Of a stretch of DNA of 64,000 nt, positions 51,135 through 63,906 are shown piece by piece. The translations under genes were made by a program, and so were the position numbers. The stretch comes from Camelus dromedarius (Eukaryota). Under the pieces are notes generated by a model, which searched no databases, was not told the DNA's origin, and saw only the letters and a list, made by a program, of their open reading frames with translations. The DNA is taken from positions 8,494,001 through 8,558,000 of the forward strand of contig NC_087437.1 of assembly GCF_036321535.1 (NCBI RefSeq), given 5' to 3'. Each line of letters starts with the position of its first letter. Position 1 is the first letter of the stretch.

Positions 51135-51682
51135 ACAGATAATGCACCCCAATATTCATAGCAGCATTATTTACAATTGCCAAGATATAGAAGCAATGTA
51201 AGTGTCCATCACACATAAATGGATAGAGAAGATGTGATATATATAAAATGAAATACTACTCAGCCATGAAAAAGAATGCACTGTTGGCATTTGTAACAAC
51301 ATGGATGGACTTGGAGAGTATTATGTTAAGTGAAATAACTCAGAGAAAGACAAATACTATGTGACATCTAAAAAAACTCAAAAAATTACAACAAACTACT
51401 GAATATATATAAGAAAAACAAACTCACAGATATAGAGAACAAACTAGTGGTTACCAGTAGGGAGAGGAGAGGAGGAAGGGACAAGTTAGGGGTAGGAGAA
51501 TAAGGGGTACAAGCTACTATGTGTAAAATAAATAAGCTACAAGGATATATTGTACAGCTTAGGGAATATAGCCAATATTTTATAGTAACTATAAATGGAA
51601 AATAACCTTAAAAATTGTGACTCACAGGCTATGCACCTGAAACTTACATAATATTGTACATCAACTATACCTCAATAAAAAC
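51135..51682 (+). mobile_element. L1 3' end, older subfamily
   Basis: gcaccccaatattcatagcagcattatttacaattgccaaga...aaactagtggttaccag...tcaactatacctcaataaaaa. Confidence 0.9.
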
Positions 51683-51685
51683 AAA

Positions 51686-51870
51686 GCATAATTGCAAATT
51701 CTTTGACACTCCTTCCATTGTTAGGTGGCAGCTAAGTCCCCTCCTTGGCATCTGGGCAGGCCTGGACTGCCTTGACTAGTAGAGTAACCTGGAGGTGATG
51801 TCATGTGATTTCTAAGGCTAGATCATGACAAACCCTGAAACATCCCCCTGTCTGCTGGAAGACCATCTTA
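51686..51870 (+). mobile_element. MLT1-type LTR 5' fragment
   Basis: caaattctttgacactccttccatt...tcccctccttg...gtgatgtcatgtgatttctaaggctag. Confidence 0.7.
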
Positions 51871-51894
51871 CATGACACTACCTAGAGAATTTCA

Positions 51895-52101
51895 ATAGTT
51901 TTCCAAACTTTTTTGAGCATGCGTCTCTCAGAATATACATGTACAACTCTAAAAGTACATTACAAAATTCACACAAAAAGAAAATAAAGGGATGAGATAA
52001 AACTGAATAGAAGGAAAAATTCTAGAAATTTTACTTGACACCACAGTGAAACATCCTGTGAACCCACTGAGGTTGCCCACACCTCACTTTGAAGATGACT
52101 G
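51895..52101. mobile_element. hAT-like MITE (possibly MER112-like)
   Basis: Decayed terminal inverted repeats tagttttccaaact / ctttgaagatgactg; internal aaataaagggatgagataaaa. Confidence 0.5.
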
Positions 52102-52742
52102 AAGCAGATGGAAAAGAAGGTCTAAATCCAGTTGCACATACTTGTGAAATATAGGTACTAAAATATAAGCTCATTGCTGGGATCCATCCTCACACTTACA
52201 CTTCTATTGACTTTTGTGATAATCACATCCATTATTTTACGAACTTCGCTTTCAAGACAGAATAATGAATGGATCATTGACTGAACTGCGGTCAATAGGC
52301 TATTATAATTTCCCTTAATACAGCAATATTGGAGAATCCCAGTTTGTTTGAAAATTACAGTTGCTGAATAACTATAAAAAATGGATATGCATAACAATGA
52401 AGACCCTGAGAAAGTCAAAAAAAAGGGCTAGTAATTGGAAGGAAAAGACAGCCAAATGCCATGAAACAAGGGAACTGTTTTCAAGGTTAAGTTATTTCAG
52501 AATTCAGCTAACTTTGTGCTATATATTTTTGAGGTGTGAATTAAAATTTTAATTCAGCCAACATTCCTTTCACATTTACTCTATGCCAGATACAATGGAT
52601 GTTTTCTCTAAGATAGTATTTAACCTTCCAGATGCAGATACTTCTAATCTCTCTTCTCAGAAATTGCTTATATTGGGAAGATATTTTTAAACAAATGAAA
52701 TGAGAAGAACATATTATATCTTAACAAAATCATGACTTAAGA

Positions 52743-52931
52743 CAGGCATCAGAAAACTATTGCCTTCCTAGTTGTCTGTTTTTCCAAATAAAGTTCTAAT
52801 GTACCATGACTCATTTGTTTCCATATTGTCTTACTTTGAGTTACAACTGTAGAGCTGAGTAGTTGCAAGAGAGTGCAAAGTCTGAAATATTTACTGTCTG
52901 ACCCTTTACAGAAAATGCTGTTGACACCTGA
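52743..52931 (+). mobile_element. MER58A hAT MITE
   Basis: caggcatcagaaaacta...gagctgagtagttgcaa...caaagtctgaaatatttactgtctgaccctttacagaaaa. Confidence 0.85.
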
Positions 52932-53085
52932 TTTGAGAGATGTACTAAACCCACTTCTTTATTTCACTCAATTTTGCAAGCAGTCTGAGCAGAATCTTCT
53001 TAAAAATGCTATTTCAATAGTCAAGACATGGAAGCAAACTAAAAGTCCATTGACAGATGAATGAATAAAGAAGATGTGTTGTGCA

Positions 53086-53093
<8 letters not shown>

Positions 53094-53149
<56 letters not shown>
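53094..53149. repeat. (TA)28 microsatellite
   Basis: Perfect dinucleotide run. Confidence 0.95.
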
Positions 53150-53152
<3 letters not shown>

Positions 53153-53576
53153 GAATATTACTGATTACTGTAATATATATAGTGTGTGTTTATGTGTGTG
53201 TATGTGTGTATATATATATATAAAATAGAATGTTACATAAAAAAGAATGAAATAATGCCATTTGCGGCAACATAGATGGGCCTAGAGATTGTCATGTCAG
53301 ACAGAGAAAGACAAATACCATATGATATCACTTATATGTGGAATCTGAAAAATGAGACAAATGAACTTATTCACAGAACAGAAACCCAGGCTCACAGACA
53401 TAGAAAACAAACTTACGGTTACCAAAGGAGACAGGGTGGAGGGATAAATGGGAGTTTGGGATTAGCAGATACTGCCATATACAAATAGGTAAACAACAAG
53501 GACCCACTGTATAGCACAGGGAACTATATTCAACACCTTGTGATAAACTCTAATGGAAAAGAATAGGAGAAAATAA

Positions 53577-53620
<44 letters not shown>
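53577..53620. repeat. (TATC)11 microsatellite
   Basis: Perfect tetranucleotide run. Confidence 0.95.
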
Positions 53621-53621
<1 letters not shown>

Positions 53622-56407
53622 CTCCAAATCACTTTGCTATATACCTGAAACTAACACAATATTATAAATCAATTATACTTCAATAATAAAAAAAAAAGTT
53701 ATTTCACAAGAGGCTGGGTGGCTCACACTGTTTGTAAAGGAAATTAGTTCCTTTCACCTAGAAAGTGATACTTAAAATTTGTCCTTGATTTGTATTATCA
53801 ACTCAGGCAAGCAAATTAGTACCTCATACCTGGAACAAATCAGACTGGGAAGAAAATAATCTTTGAGGTTATGAGTCAGTTAATTAGTTATGTGTAACTG
53901 TTGAGTTCTTGCCATTTTACATAGAATGTAGGGCCTTTGAGCGCCTTCCAAATTATTTAGAGTGGAGGGCCATCCCTCTGCCTTTCTGGGAGAACGGCTT
54001 TAATTTTTTTCATCTTCTCACCTGAGGTTCTTCCTGACGGGTGTCTCCCTGGCCGGGGAGGCTGTGCATGATGAGGGTGTGGTTTCTCAGCGTCTATGGG
54101 CTGAGTTTGCCGGGAGATAGAATGTGCTGGACTGTGTCCTGGAGTGGCTGACGTGACTGTGGTTTGGACTGTGTGTGAAGGACTGAGCCAAGGTAAAAAT
54201 CAGCAGTAGCATCCATCCTGGGGTCCCAAGACATACTTACAGAATGGGAGCGGTGTTAGAATTCGGGAGCAGAGAAAATGAGGACGAGCTTAAGAAATGC
54301 GGTGAGTATGTGAACAGTTCAAAGGAAACACGTCTGGGTGACACAGCTCAGGGACCCTGGTGGCGTCCTTTTTTGGATTGTTGGCCACAAGGTGTGGACA
54401 CAAGAAAGACTTTGCATTTTGCTGCTGTTTTTCCAAGTTAAGAAATCAGCCAGTCCCATTAGTCATTGGGACTGGAGCTGTGTTGGGGCAGACTGCACTT
54501 CAGTGCCCATGTGGTCTGACACCCCCATTTCTTCCTATCATAGGTGAAGGAAAAGGCCTTCTAGATAATGCCCAGAAGATAGCATTTACTCAAAACATGT
54601 CCAGTAAATAAGCACAAATAATTTAATGTTAGTTATTGGTGCGAGCATCATTTAATCAGGTTTCCTTTCTGTTACTGTTCCAAAAGAGTAACATCTTATA
54701 AATCTAAAACAGGAATGCATATAAACAAAAAATTAATCTAGATTTCTACCTAGTAGATTATTCTAGTCCAGTTTAATTCCAGGCTGTCTTCATGCCTGCT
54801 ATATCCTGGGGATGATAAAATCATATTTTTTTTTCCTGAAATGTGTATTTATTACAGTATTTACCCAGCAAAGATTGATGGGAAAGGTTAACACACCTTA
54901 AAAACCAGGCCTTTCCTTAGTTTTTTACCTCATGCATGTTAGTCCACTCCCAACACTTAGAGCTATGCTGATTGAAAAAAAAAGTTTCTTCTGAATGATA
55001 CTTCCTTCTCCCCAAGTCTGTAAGTATTTTTCTGTTCTAAGGGGAATATTTTGTCTTCTGTAGGGGAGACAGTACCTTATGCTTCTGAAGTGTGGATATA
55101 GCCCTCTGTCATCCCAGGAGCTTGACTCGCCAAACTCTGGCTTCCCTTATCTTAAAAGGTGAATCCTTAAGGTAGACAACATTACCCAAGGAGAGGGAAA
55201 ACCTTCCTTTCCAAGACCAAAGGAGTTTCATCTTAGACCATGGAATTTATAATGCCAGGACACCCTAACTTCGCAATTACTTCTGAATCATCTCCTTCTT
55301 TCTATCTTATTCACAAACATAGCCTTCAAGCAATTTATTGAAAAAGAAATCCATTAATCAGAAAGGAGAGGAATTATTTCTGGAGAGGAGTTGTTAGTTT
55401 TGCTACTGATGGCTGTATAATTCCTGAGAAAGCACTGCCACTTTGAGTGGGTTTTAAAATCACAAAGACTAGTAAAGGGAGGGTGGCAGAGGAGCAGGCA
55501 ATTAAAAAATATAGTATTGCCTATTTTGGAAAAACATAGCTAAAAGACTAGGTAGTCATATTATAGAAGAACTTTAAATCTTGCAAAAGTAACATATTAG
55601 TAGCCCTCTAGTAACTAAGGAATTGGGCTGCAAGTATGGTAACAAAATTCTTTTAGATCCCCTAGTATGTTTTCAATTGTGTTACTGTGTTTTTGTTAGG
55701 GAAAAAAATGGGTTTGCGTTGGGATTTTCTAGACTGTAGGCATACTGAACAGTAATTCATCTTATAGAAAGTACTGTTATCCTATTGGTCCAAATTCTCC
55801 CCAGCAGAGGGGATAACTTGAGAGTTTATTAAAATATAATTTGCCGATAGGATTTGTTCACTTTTCAGTCACCATATGCCTCTGAATACCACCAACAAAT
55901 CCCTCAGTTCCTCGTACTTGTCAACGTGGGAGGCATAGACTCTAACCACATGACTATGCTTTCTCTTACAGTGATCTCCATCCTGTCATGTCAAATGAGG
56001 TCATTGTTCTTTGTTTATTGATAGTAATGGAACAGCACTGTAGCAACATATTATTAAAACATTTTTGTAGAATGACTTCTGATGGAATCTGGAGGATTAT
56101 TGGATTTATATATGTTAACCAGTCGAGAAAAATTTACCTCTTAATTGCTGTCTTTAAAAATCATACTTTTTTGTCACACTGCCTTCCCAGATTCTGATGT
56201 TGTGTATTGATCCTCTCTGCAAAAAATGAACACATGCACACACATGCATGCATGCATTCCATGTGCAAACATATGCACACAGGTTTGCCTATAATATCAA
56301 TGGTGTGATTGTGGACACACACTATCCCATAGGTCTTTAGCAGTCCATGAACCCTAGATTAAGCACACTGTTTATGACAGCTTGATCCCCATATGTGAAT
56401 TAAAAAA

Positions 56408-56537
56408 TTTTTTTTATTGAAGTGTAGTTGATTTACAATGTTAGTTTTCAGTGTACAGCAAAGTGATTCAGTTATACACATACATACATACATATATTTT
56501 CTTTCCAGATTCTTTTCCAATACATGTTATTACCAGG
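56408..56537 (-). mobile_element. Short L1 3' end
   Basis: ttttattgaagtgtagttgatttacaatg...gtgtacagcaaagtgattcagttata. Confidence 0.85.
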
Positions 56538-58469
56538 TGAAATTTCTGATTGGAGACTAGTAATAGTTTTCCTTAGTTTTAGAGTTTTCATACTCTCATT
56601 AATGTCAGCAAAGGAGAAGCAGATAGACAGCTACTCATGTTGTATTGGCATCTTTCTATTGACTGGTTTAATGGAAATGTCGAAAAACCCAAGCAAAACC
56701 TTTATAGATATGCTTATTTTAAGAGAAGCAGATAGAGCATGACTGATATTTGATATACAGGTTGAGATCAATGCCATCACTTGGTCTGTCTGTTATGGGG
56801 GCGAGTACACACTGGCTACCTCCTTTCCAGCTGCCTTCTTCCTTCTGACCCAAGGTTGACTGCACTATAGAGATCTTGTAGATGGGTGTGGTCATTTGAT
56901 TAAGGTTTGTCAACAGAATATGGAAATAAGTGACACCCATCATCCTTGACCTCTTCCACGACAGACCCTCGATGTAAGTTCTTCATGCCTTGGTGGACGT
57001 GAACACAGAGACCCTGGGAGCCACATCTTGGAGATAAAAACATGAAATGGGAGGGACCTGAGGCCCTTAATCACCTCTTGGGAGAAAGCTATTGCTGAAC
57101 CACCATCTTGGACTTCTGTGTTAAATTAGATACTTTTTGGAGTTTCTCTGTAACAGCTGCTAAAAGAACCTGACTACCACACAAGGTTCACTGCCTAATT
57201 CAGAGCAGAAAACTGCAGGGGAGGCGCCGAGAGTGTTCGCACTCAGTTTACGTCCAGTGTTTGGTGACACGTGCTGTTTACTTGTGCCTCGTTAGGTGGA
57301 ATAATACCTGATATTATTTAGTCTCAACTTGGACTAATGCTCAGCAACGGACCAACGGCTCAGAAAGATTTCTCCCGAGAGCATGTGGTGTCAATGGGTT
57401 CTCTTAATGAAGGTGGACACGGAAATCCTGAAGAGGCACAGCTGCTTCTTTTCTGTGAGTTGAAAGAGGGTCTTCGGCAATCACATAGACGGTAAAAACA
57501 ACACTCTGACAAAGGGGAAAAAAATTCAACCAATAGGAGGTCTATCTGGATTACAGATCTACACCCATCATTAATACACAAAATATGGGGTGGGCATGTT
57601 CAATGAAGAAAAAATTGATCAAGGTTGGCAATCAAAATCCTTTGGAGAGCACTGGTCTAGACCCTCAGGATTCTGTATTCCATCCACTCATTCGGAAGAG
57701 TATAAGTTTATGATGACTGCTTGGACACTGTAGTTCTGGACACAACTTTGGGATTAGCCTAATGGACAGGTCAGGACTCATGAGGCTAAGGCTATCACGC
57801 TGGTGATTCCCCCAAATTAAAGAGTTAACCGATGTAGTTAATAAAAAAGTTTTTTTTTCCCTTTTCAAGTATAAATACTAGGCTTTTATACTGATATATT
57901 CATTTGAATAGAGTGATGCTTTGGATCAACTGGATTTCTAGGGCTGCAATAACCTTCAATTTCAATTTCAAAATTAAAGAGACAATTTTCTGTTCAGTTG
58001 TTGAGCTTCATGCAGAATAATCTTGAATGAAAAAACCTGTTATAAAATAGAGGTGATGGAGGACAGAATTTACCTTTATTTTCAGATTTCCCTATTTGTT
58101 GTTACATCAGCGTAGGTTTTGTAGATGATTTACCTGATTTCCAGACACCGCCTCTTGTTTCTGTAGGATCACAACAAACATGTGTTAAGGAAATCAGCCA
58201 TTCTTTGTTGTGAGGGGAAAAGTAACTTGATTTAAAAAAAGTTAACCTGCTTTTATATAGAAGTAGTGTATTTCCTTTAAAAATCTTTAGAAATGGAGAA
58301 AATTATAAAGAAAAAACACAATTTATAGTAGAGTGGGCTCCTTATTTTGTATATTAGGTCCCTATTTTATATATAGATTTGTATCTCAGTCATTTCTAAT
58401 ATTATATTATAAAAGTATTGCTTATTCTAAACTACACCATTCCATGTTTTAAAAGTTAGGTTGTCATTA

Positions 58470-60130
58470 TTATATTATTTTCTTTCTCTCTAAAGAACTT
58501 CTTTTAACATTTCTTGTAAGGCAGGCCTATTGGGAGAAGGTCTTGTTTGAGAAGGTCTTTCTCCTTCACTGTAGAAGGATAATTTCACAGGGTACAGAGT
58601 TCTAGGTTGGTGGGTTATTTATTTTTTTTTTTCTGTCAACACTTTAAATAATTCACTCCACACACTCCTTTCTTGCGTTGTTTCTGAGAAGAAGTTGGAT
58701 GTAATTCTTATACCGTTGGTCCTCTGTAGATAAGGTGTTTCTCTCCTCTGGCTTCTTTCAGGATTTTTTTCTCTATCTTTGATTTTCTGTAGTTTGAAAA
58801 TGGTATGCCTAGGTGCCGTTTGTTTTCTGGCATGTATCCTGCTGGTGTTACCTGAGCTTCTTGGATCTGTGGTTTGGTGTCTGACATTAATTTGGGGGAA
58901 ACTCTTGGTCATGACTGTTGTAAACATGTTTTTCTGTTCCTTTCTCTCTTTCTTCTCCTTAAGGTATTTTCATTATTCATGTTACACCTTTTGTGGTCGT
59001 CCCACAGTTCTTGGATATGCTGTTCTGTGTTTCTTTTTCAGTTGCTGTCCTCTTTGCTTTTTGGTTTTTGAGGATTCTGTCACTATATCCTCAAGCTCAG
59101 AGATTCTTCCCTCAGCCATGTGCAGTCTACTAATAAACCCATCAAAGGCAATCTTCATTTCTGTGACGGTGATTTTTATTTCTAGAATTTATTTTTGGTT
59201 CTTCTCTAGGATTTCCATCCCTCTTCTTACATTGCTCATCTCTTCTTGTGTGTTGTCTACTTTATCCATTGGAGCCCTTAGCATATTAATCAGAGTTATT
59301 TTAAATTCCTGGTCTGATGATTCCAACATCCTTGCCATGTCTGGTTCTGACACTTGCTCTGTCTTTTCAGGTTGTGGGTTTTTGCTTTCCCTTATGCCTT
59401 TTAATTTTTTTTCTTGGTAGGTGGATATGATGTACTGGGTAAAGGGAACTCCTGTAAACAGGCATTTAGTAACATGGTGGTGAAGTGTGAAGGGAGGGGA
59501 AGCATTCTAGAGTCCTATAATTAGGTCTCAATTTTTTGGCCAGTGTATGCCTCTGGACTATGAACTTAAGAGTTCTCAGTTTTTTTTTTTCTCCCCCTTA
59601 AATGAGACAAAGGGCTGGAGTTGAAGCTCTGGTTAACTAATTTCCCCTGGGGGTAGGTTTTGTGAAGAAGAACCGAGTGTCCTAGTGTATTTAAAAATGG
59701 CTCATTTCTCCCGTCCCCCTCCCCAGCTCGCGGAAGCTGGGGAAGCTCTGGTATTTAATGGGGGAGGGCATTGGTTTAGCCCCTGGAGGTGAATCTCACA
59801 ATACTGTGAGAGCCCGTCTATGACTGTGTTTCCTGGGAGCTTTTAACTCTCAGAGTTGTCCATGCTGAGCTTCCAGCAACCTGTCAATTACAGCTCAGGT
59901 TTTCCTGTTTAGGCACTGGTTCCTGACGTGGTTTCAGGTCTTGAGTCTCTGTTCTGCTAGGTTGTGACTTTCTCTATTTGCCTCTGTCTCCCATCTCAGG
60001 GGCAGTGGTTTGCCCTGTGTCTTTCCTTCTCTAAAGGACCCTTGAAGAGTTGTTGATTTTTCAGTCTGCTCAGCTTTTCACTTGTAGTTACAACAGATGG
60101 CGACTTCCAAATTCGTACATGTGGACACAG
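58470..60130 (-). mobile_element. Old L1 (L1MC/MD-like) 5' region with ORF1 remnant
   Basis: ORF 58619..58927 carries ORF1p motifs PRHTIFKLQKIKDREK and IRITSNFFSETTQERSVWSELFKVLTEK; frameshifted. Confidence 0.85.
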
Positions 60131-61989
60131 AAACTGTACTGTCTTTTAAATCTTTTCCATTTCATTTGAAGTAATTTCAAAGTTAAGCAATAGTTGCTTA
60201 AATGAAACAAGGAAAGCCTATATACCTCCACTCAGATTCCCAAAGTATTGGCATTGAATCTGTCGTATGTGTATGATGATAAATTTTAGGTAGATCTTGA
60301 AAAAGGAAAACCATCAAACAATTTTAGTGAAATATAATTGGTTTCCAGAGGACAAGTCGAATTCACTTCCTTCATTCGACCTGCATTCACATTCCCTTCT
60401 GCTCTTCTTCATAGTAACTTGTCCAGCTGGCCGGTGCCTCTTTGATAGCTCGTAGGCAACCCAGTGACCTCCAACGTTCTCTTTCATATTACACTGTTTA
60501 ACATCCTCCATTTGGATTGTGATATTAGTTGGGCCATAGTTACACTATTTCTCCTATCCTAACTCTAGCAGGAGTTTGCTGTGACAATGATTATGTAAAT
60601 CTGGGCTGCAGTATTGGCAAGTAGAGATGGTAAAAGTTGTCTTTGCATGGGAAGACACGGACAATTAGATCTGAAACTTGAAAAATTTCCTTGGCACCTC
60701 TGATATTTTCTTCCCACGACTGGATTTAAGAATGACTGAATTAGACAGTCACATTCATCATATATGCTATATAAAAATTAGGTAACTTTGGGCTGGTGAA
60801 AACATATGTGTTTTAAGTAAATGTCACTAATGTAAGAAATCTGGAGGCCCAGAACCGGGAGGTCATTTTTCTAATCCTGATTGGCTGCAACATTCCAGGA
60901 CTACAAGGCCACTCACAAGAGGAAACATCCAAGGAATCAGTTATGACTTGAGAGAAAAACGACATTTTCAGGCTTCTTGACTCCATCTTCTTGCAATGGT
61001 GTTCATTAAAGGACAAGAGTTGCTATGGTGATGGGAGAGCGGGGTCACAGGAGGGGATTGGGGAAAAGATTGCAACTTGGAAAAGGATTTTGTTTTTTAT
61101 ATAAAATTAAATGGAAGTTGATTCTTTCGAGTTATGCTGGATAATTCATTGCTCTTCCCTTGGTCTATGTGCATCACCAAGCAATTAGAAATACTTCCAA
61201 ATCCATCGCTGTTTCCACGGCTTTATTGGGATAACCCCTGGGAGGCCCCAGCTCCTGGAAGAGGGCTGTGTAGGGGTGGTGGGGGGAGGGGTGCAAGCCT
61301 CTTTCACATTCTTATTTTGTGGGGATCAGTTTTCCTGAATTATATCATCAGGAATTTTGTTCTTTAATTTTTTTTTTTTAAATCAGCTTTTGGATGTATC
61401 AGTTCTACTGTTACCTGCTTTCAGATTAATTTCTACTTTCCTTATGCCTTTATTGTTATATGATTACATCAGTAATCACCCATCTCCAGGCTTGCTGTAT
61501 GAGAAGAAATAAACCCTGTTTAAGGCCTCCATTTTGTCAAATATTTAGTTACTCACAGCCAAATGCTCTCACTAATTGACACACCTGGAGCTTAATGGAT
61601 TCTCATTTTCTATTTCATTAGTTTTCTATCTAGTTATCACTAATTTCAGCCTCCAATACAAATCTGTCAGCCTATAGGTAGTGGAAATACCTCCCAGATT
61701 TTGGAAAGCTCTTGACAGTAAATCTTATTTTTAATTTTTACAAGATGTGTTTACTTTCTCTTCATTGCTGTTTTACCATGAATTTATAAAAATCTATATT
61801 AGGAAATATATCTAGATATGACTTAAAATCCCAGGATGTCTTAATTAGTGAATTATTTTTGTCTTTTATTCTACATTTACTTTTAAACTCAACTTTTTAA
61901 TATAAATATACTGATAATTGGATGTCAGTGCATTAGTCTTTCAAACTGTTCTATCTTTAAGAAGGTATTTTAAAGCATTTTTCATTTTT

Positions 61990-62364
61990 CTGGACTTTTT
62001 TTCCTTTTTCTATTTTATTTTATTTTTCTTCTAGTTTTTTTTGAGATATAATTGACATACAGCACTGTATAAGTTTAAGCTGTACAGTGTAGTGATTTCA
62101 CTTACCTATCATGAAATGATCACCACAATAGGTTTAGTGAAGATCCATCATATCACGTAAGATACAAAAGAAAAGAAAAAGAAAAAATGTTTTCTTTGTG
62201 ATGAGCAGTCTTAGGATTATTCTTCTAACAACTTTCATACACAGCTTACATTAGTATTAATTACATGTATCATGTTGTACATTACATCCCTAACACTCAT
62301 TTATCGTATAACTGGAAGTTTGTACCTTTTGACTCCTTTCACCCAATTCCCTCTCCCCCTCCCC
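61990..62364 (-). mobile_element. L1MA-like 3' end
   Basis: ttgagatataattgacatacagcactg...ataactggaagtttgtaccttttga; TSD taaagcatttttcattttt (61971-61989) / taaagcggttttcattttt (62365-62383), 17/19 match. Confidence 0.85.
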
Positions 62365-62835
62365 TAAAGCGGTTTTCATTTTTAATAGCTGAAGAGCAGA
62401 AGTAGATTTCAACTAAGCAAAACAGTTATTGGCCAAACATGATAATTTTGGGGCCTCTGTAGAATTAACACTAAACTAATTACAAGTTTAGAGCATGTAA
62501 TTCGATGAGTGATTTAGCAAGCATCAAGGGTGGGGGTGCATTCTTGTTTTCTGAGAAATTTTTAGCAACCTTAGTACACCAAGACACAGTCCTGTCTGAT
62601 TTTCCCCTTGGCTATTGAAGGCTCCTTGTATTTGGAGCTTGGCCAATGCTCCAGTTGCTGCATATCTTCACTTAAACTTTTCATTTAGAGTCAATGATGT
62701 TTTCAAACTTTCCAACCAGAAGACTCAAAGTGTCTCGACTGGCTCTACTCTTCTGTTTTGGACCCTTGTCTTCCTAACAGCTAACTACTAAGGGAGCAAA
62801 TTTGGTGCAGAAATTCCCTGAGTGATTGGCTGATC

Positions 62836-63025
62836 CAGTGGTTCTCAGTCTCAGGGTGTGGTCCCTGGGCCATAAGCATCAGCATCACCAGGGAGCTTGT
62901 GAGGAAACCAACTTCTCGGGCACACCTGAGACCTGCTACATAAGAAACGGGATGGGGTCCAACCACCTGTATTTTAACCCGCTCTCTAGGTGATTCCGAT
63001 GCGTGAGTCAGATTGAGAGTGACTG
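62836..63025. mobile_element. MER5A hAT MITE
   Basis: cagtggttctca...gcatcagcatcaccagggagcttgt...ctgtattttaac...aggtgattc...tgagagtgactg. Confidence 0.85.
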
Positions 63026-63489
63026 ATTTCAATCGTTAGGATCAGAAGAGAGGCAAGCCCTGATCAGCAGTGTTTAGACACATTCAGCTGGCAATCCGAG
63101 GGGAAACGATGAAAAAGGGCCTTTTTTTCCTTCAGTCAGCAAGGACAGCCACTGTCAGCAAAGAGCTGGTTGATAAAATATTGTTGGCTGCACAGCTTGC
63201 GTAAAGACATGTGATGCCATCATTCACTCACTCATTCCTTCTTTATTCTTCATCTACCAGTTTATTAGTGTTGATCATTTGCCACGCATTGGGGTTATAT
63301 TCTGAGGAGGATACAAGGGTGTTTAAGATCCTCAAAGAAGTTATATTCTGTGGGGGAGAAAGCAGAAGTGGAGAGGGAAAAAGAAAAAAAGCAAAATACA
63401 GCAAGCACTTTACAGAGGCACAAATGAAGGGCTTTTAGAAGCACACAGGAGAGACCAATTAGAAATAAAAAGACAAAAACATTACTTAG

Positions 63490-63906
63490 TCGAAATGAAG
63501 GTACAGCGTTTGGCACCATGACGCCTTAAAGATGCTTCCCGCTTGTACACTGCTTTGTGAGAGAAGCATAAAAAGAACACGGAGGTTCGGATTCACGCTA
63601 ATGTGCTACTGTGGATTGTGGCAGTAATAATTTATGCTCCACAGCAAAAAAATAAACGCAGAGATAATCAAAATACTCAGCGACAGTCTTTTCGTCTTCT
63701 GAGGTGAGTACACTTCAGCAGGGAAAACAATCGCCTTAGACAAGAAACAGCGATGCGACGGAGAAACCTCTGTGACCCGACAAGCGCGAGTGAAGGGCAC
63801 AGCAAAATCAGCGTCTCGGGAAATCCGATGAAATCTAGTCCGTATGGATTTTGGCCCGCCGTCTCAACCTGATCAAATGCGGCTCACTGCATCCTAATTG
63901 TTCACG
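63490..63906. promoter_or_regulatory. CpG-undepleted patch (candidate regulatory element or island shore)
   Basis: 25 CpG counted by hand in about 420 bp, against strong depletion elsewhere; no repeat recognised. Confidence 0.4.

Larger units (their letters stand above)
53017..53691 (+). mobile_element. L1 3' end hosting (TA)28 and (TATC)11 arrays
   Basis: ORF2 end plus 3'UTR; imperfect TSD aaaaatgctatttca (53002-53016) / aaaaaagttatttca (53692-53706). Confidence 0.9.

Noticed and set aside
58779..59420. 213-aa membrane-protein-like ORF
   Set aside because: Antisense reading of the L1 ORF1 remnant.
60314..60511. 65-aa minus-strand ORF as a possible processed pseudogene
   Set aside because: No parent protein recognised; no poly(A) tail or TSD.
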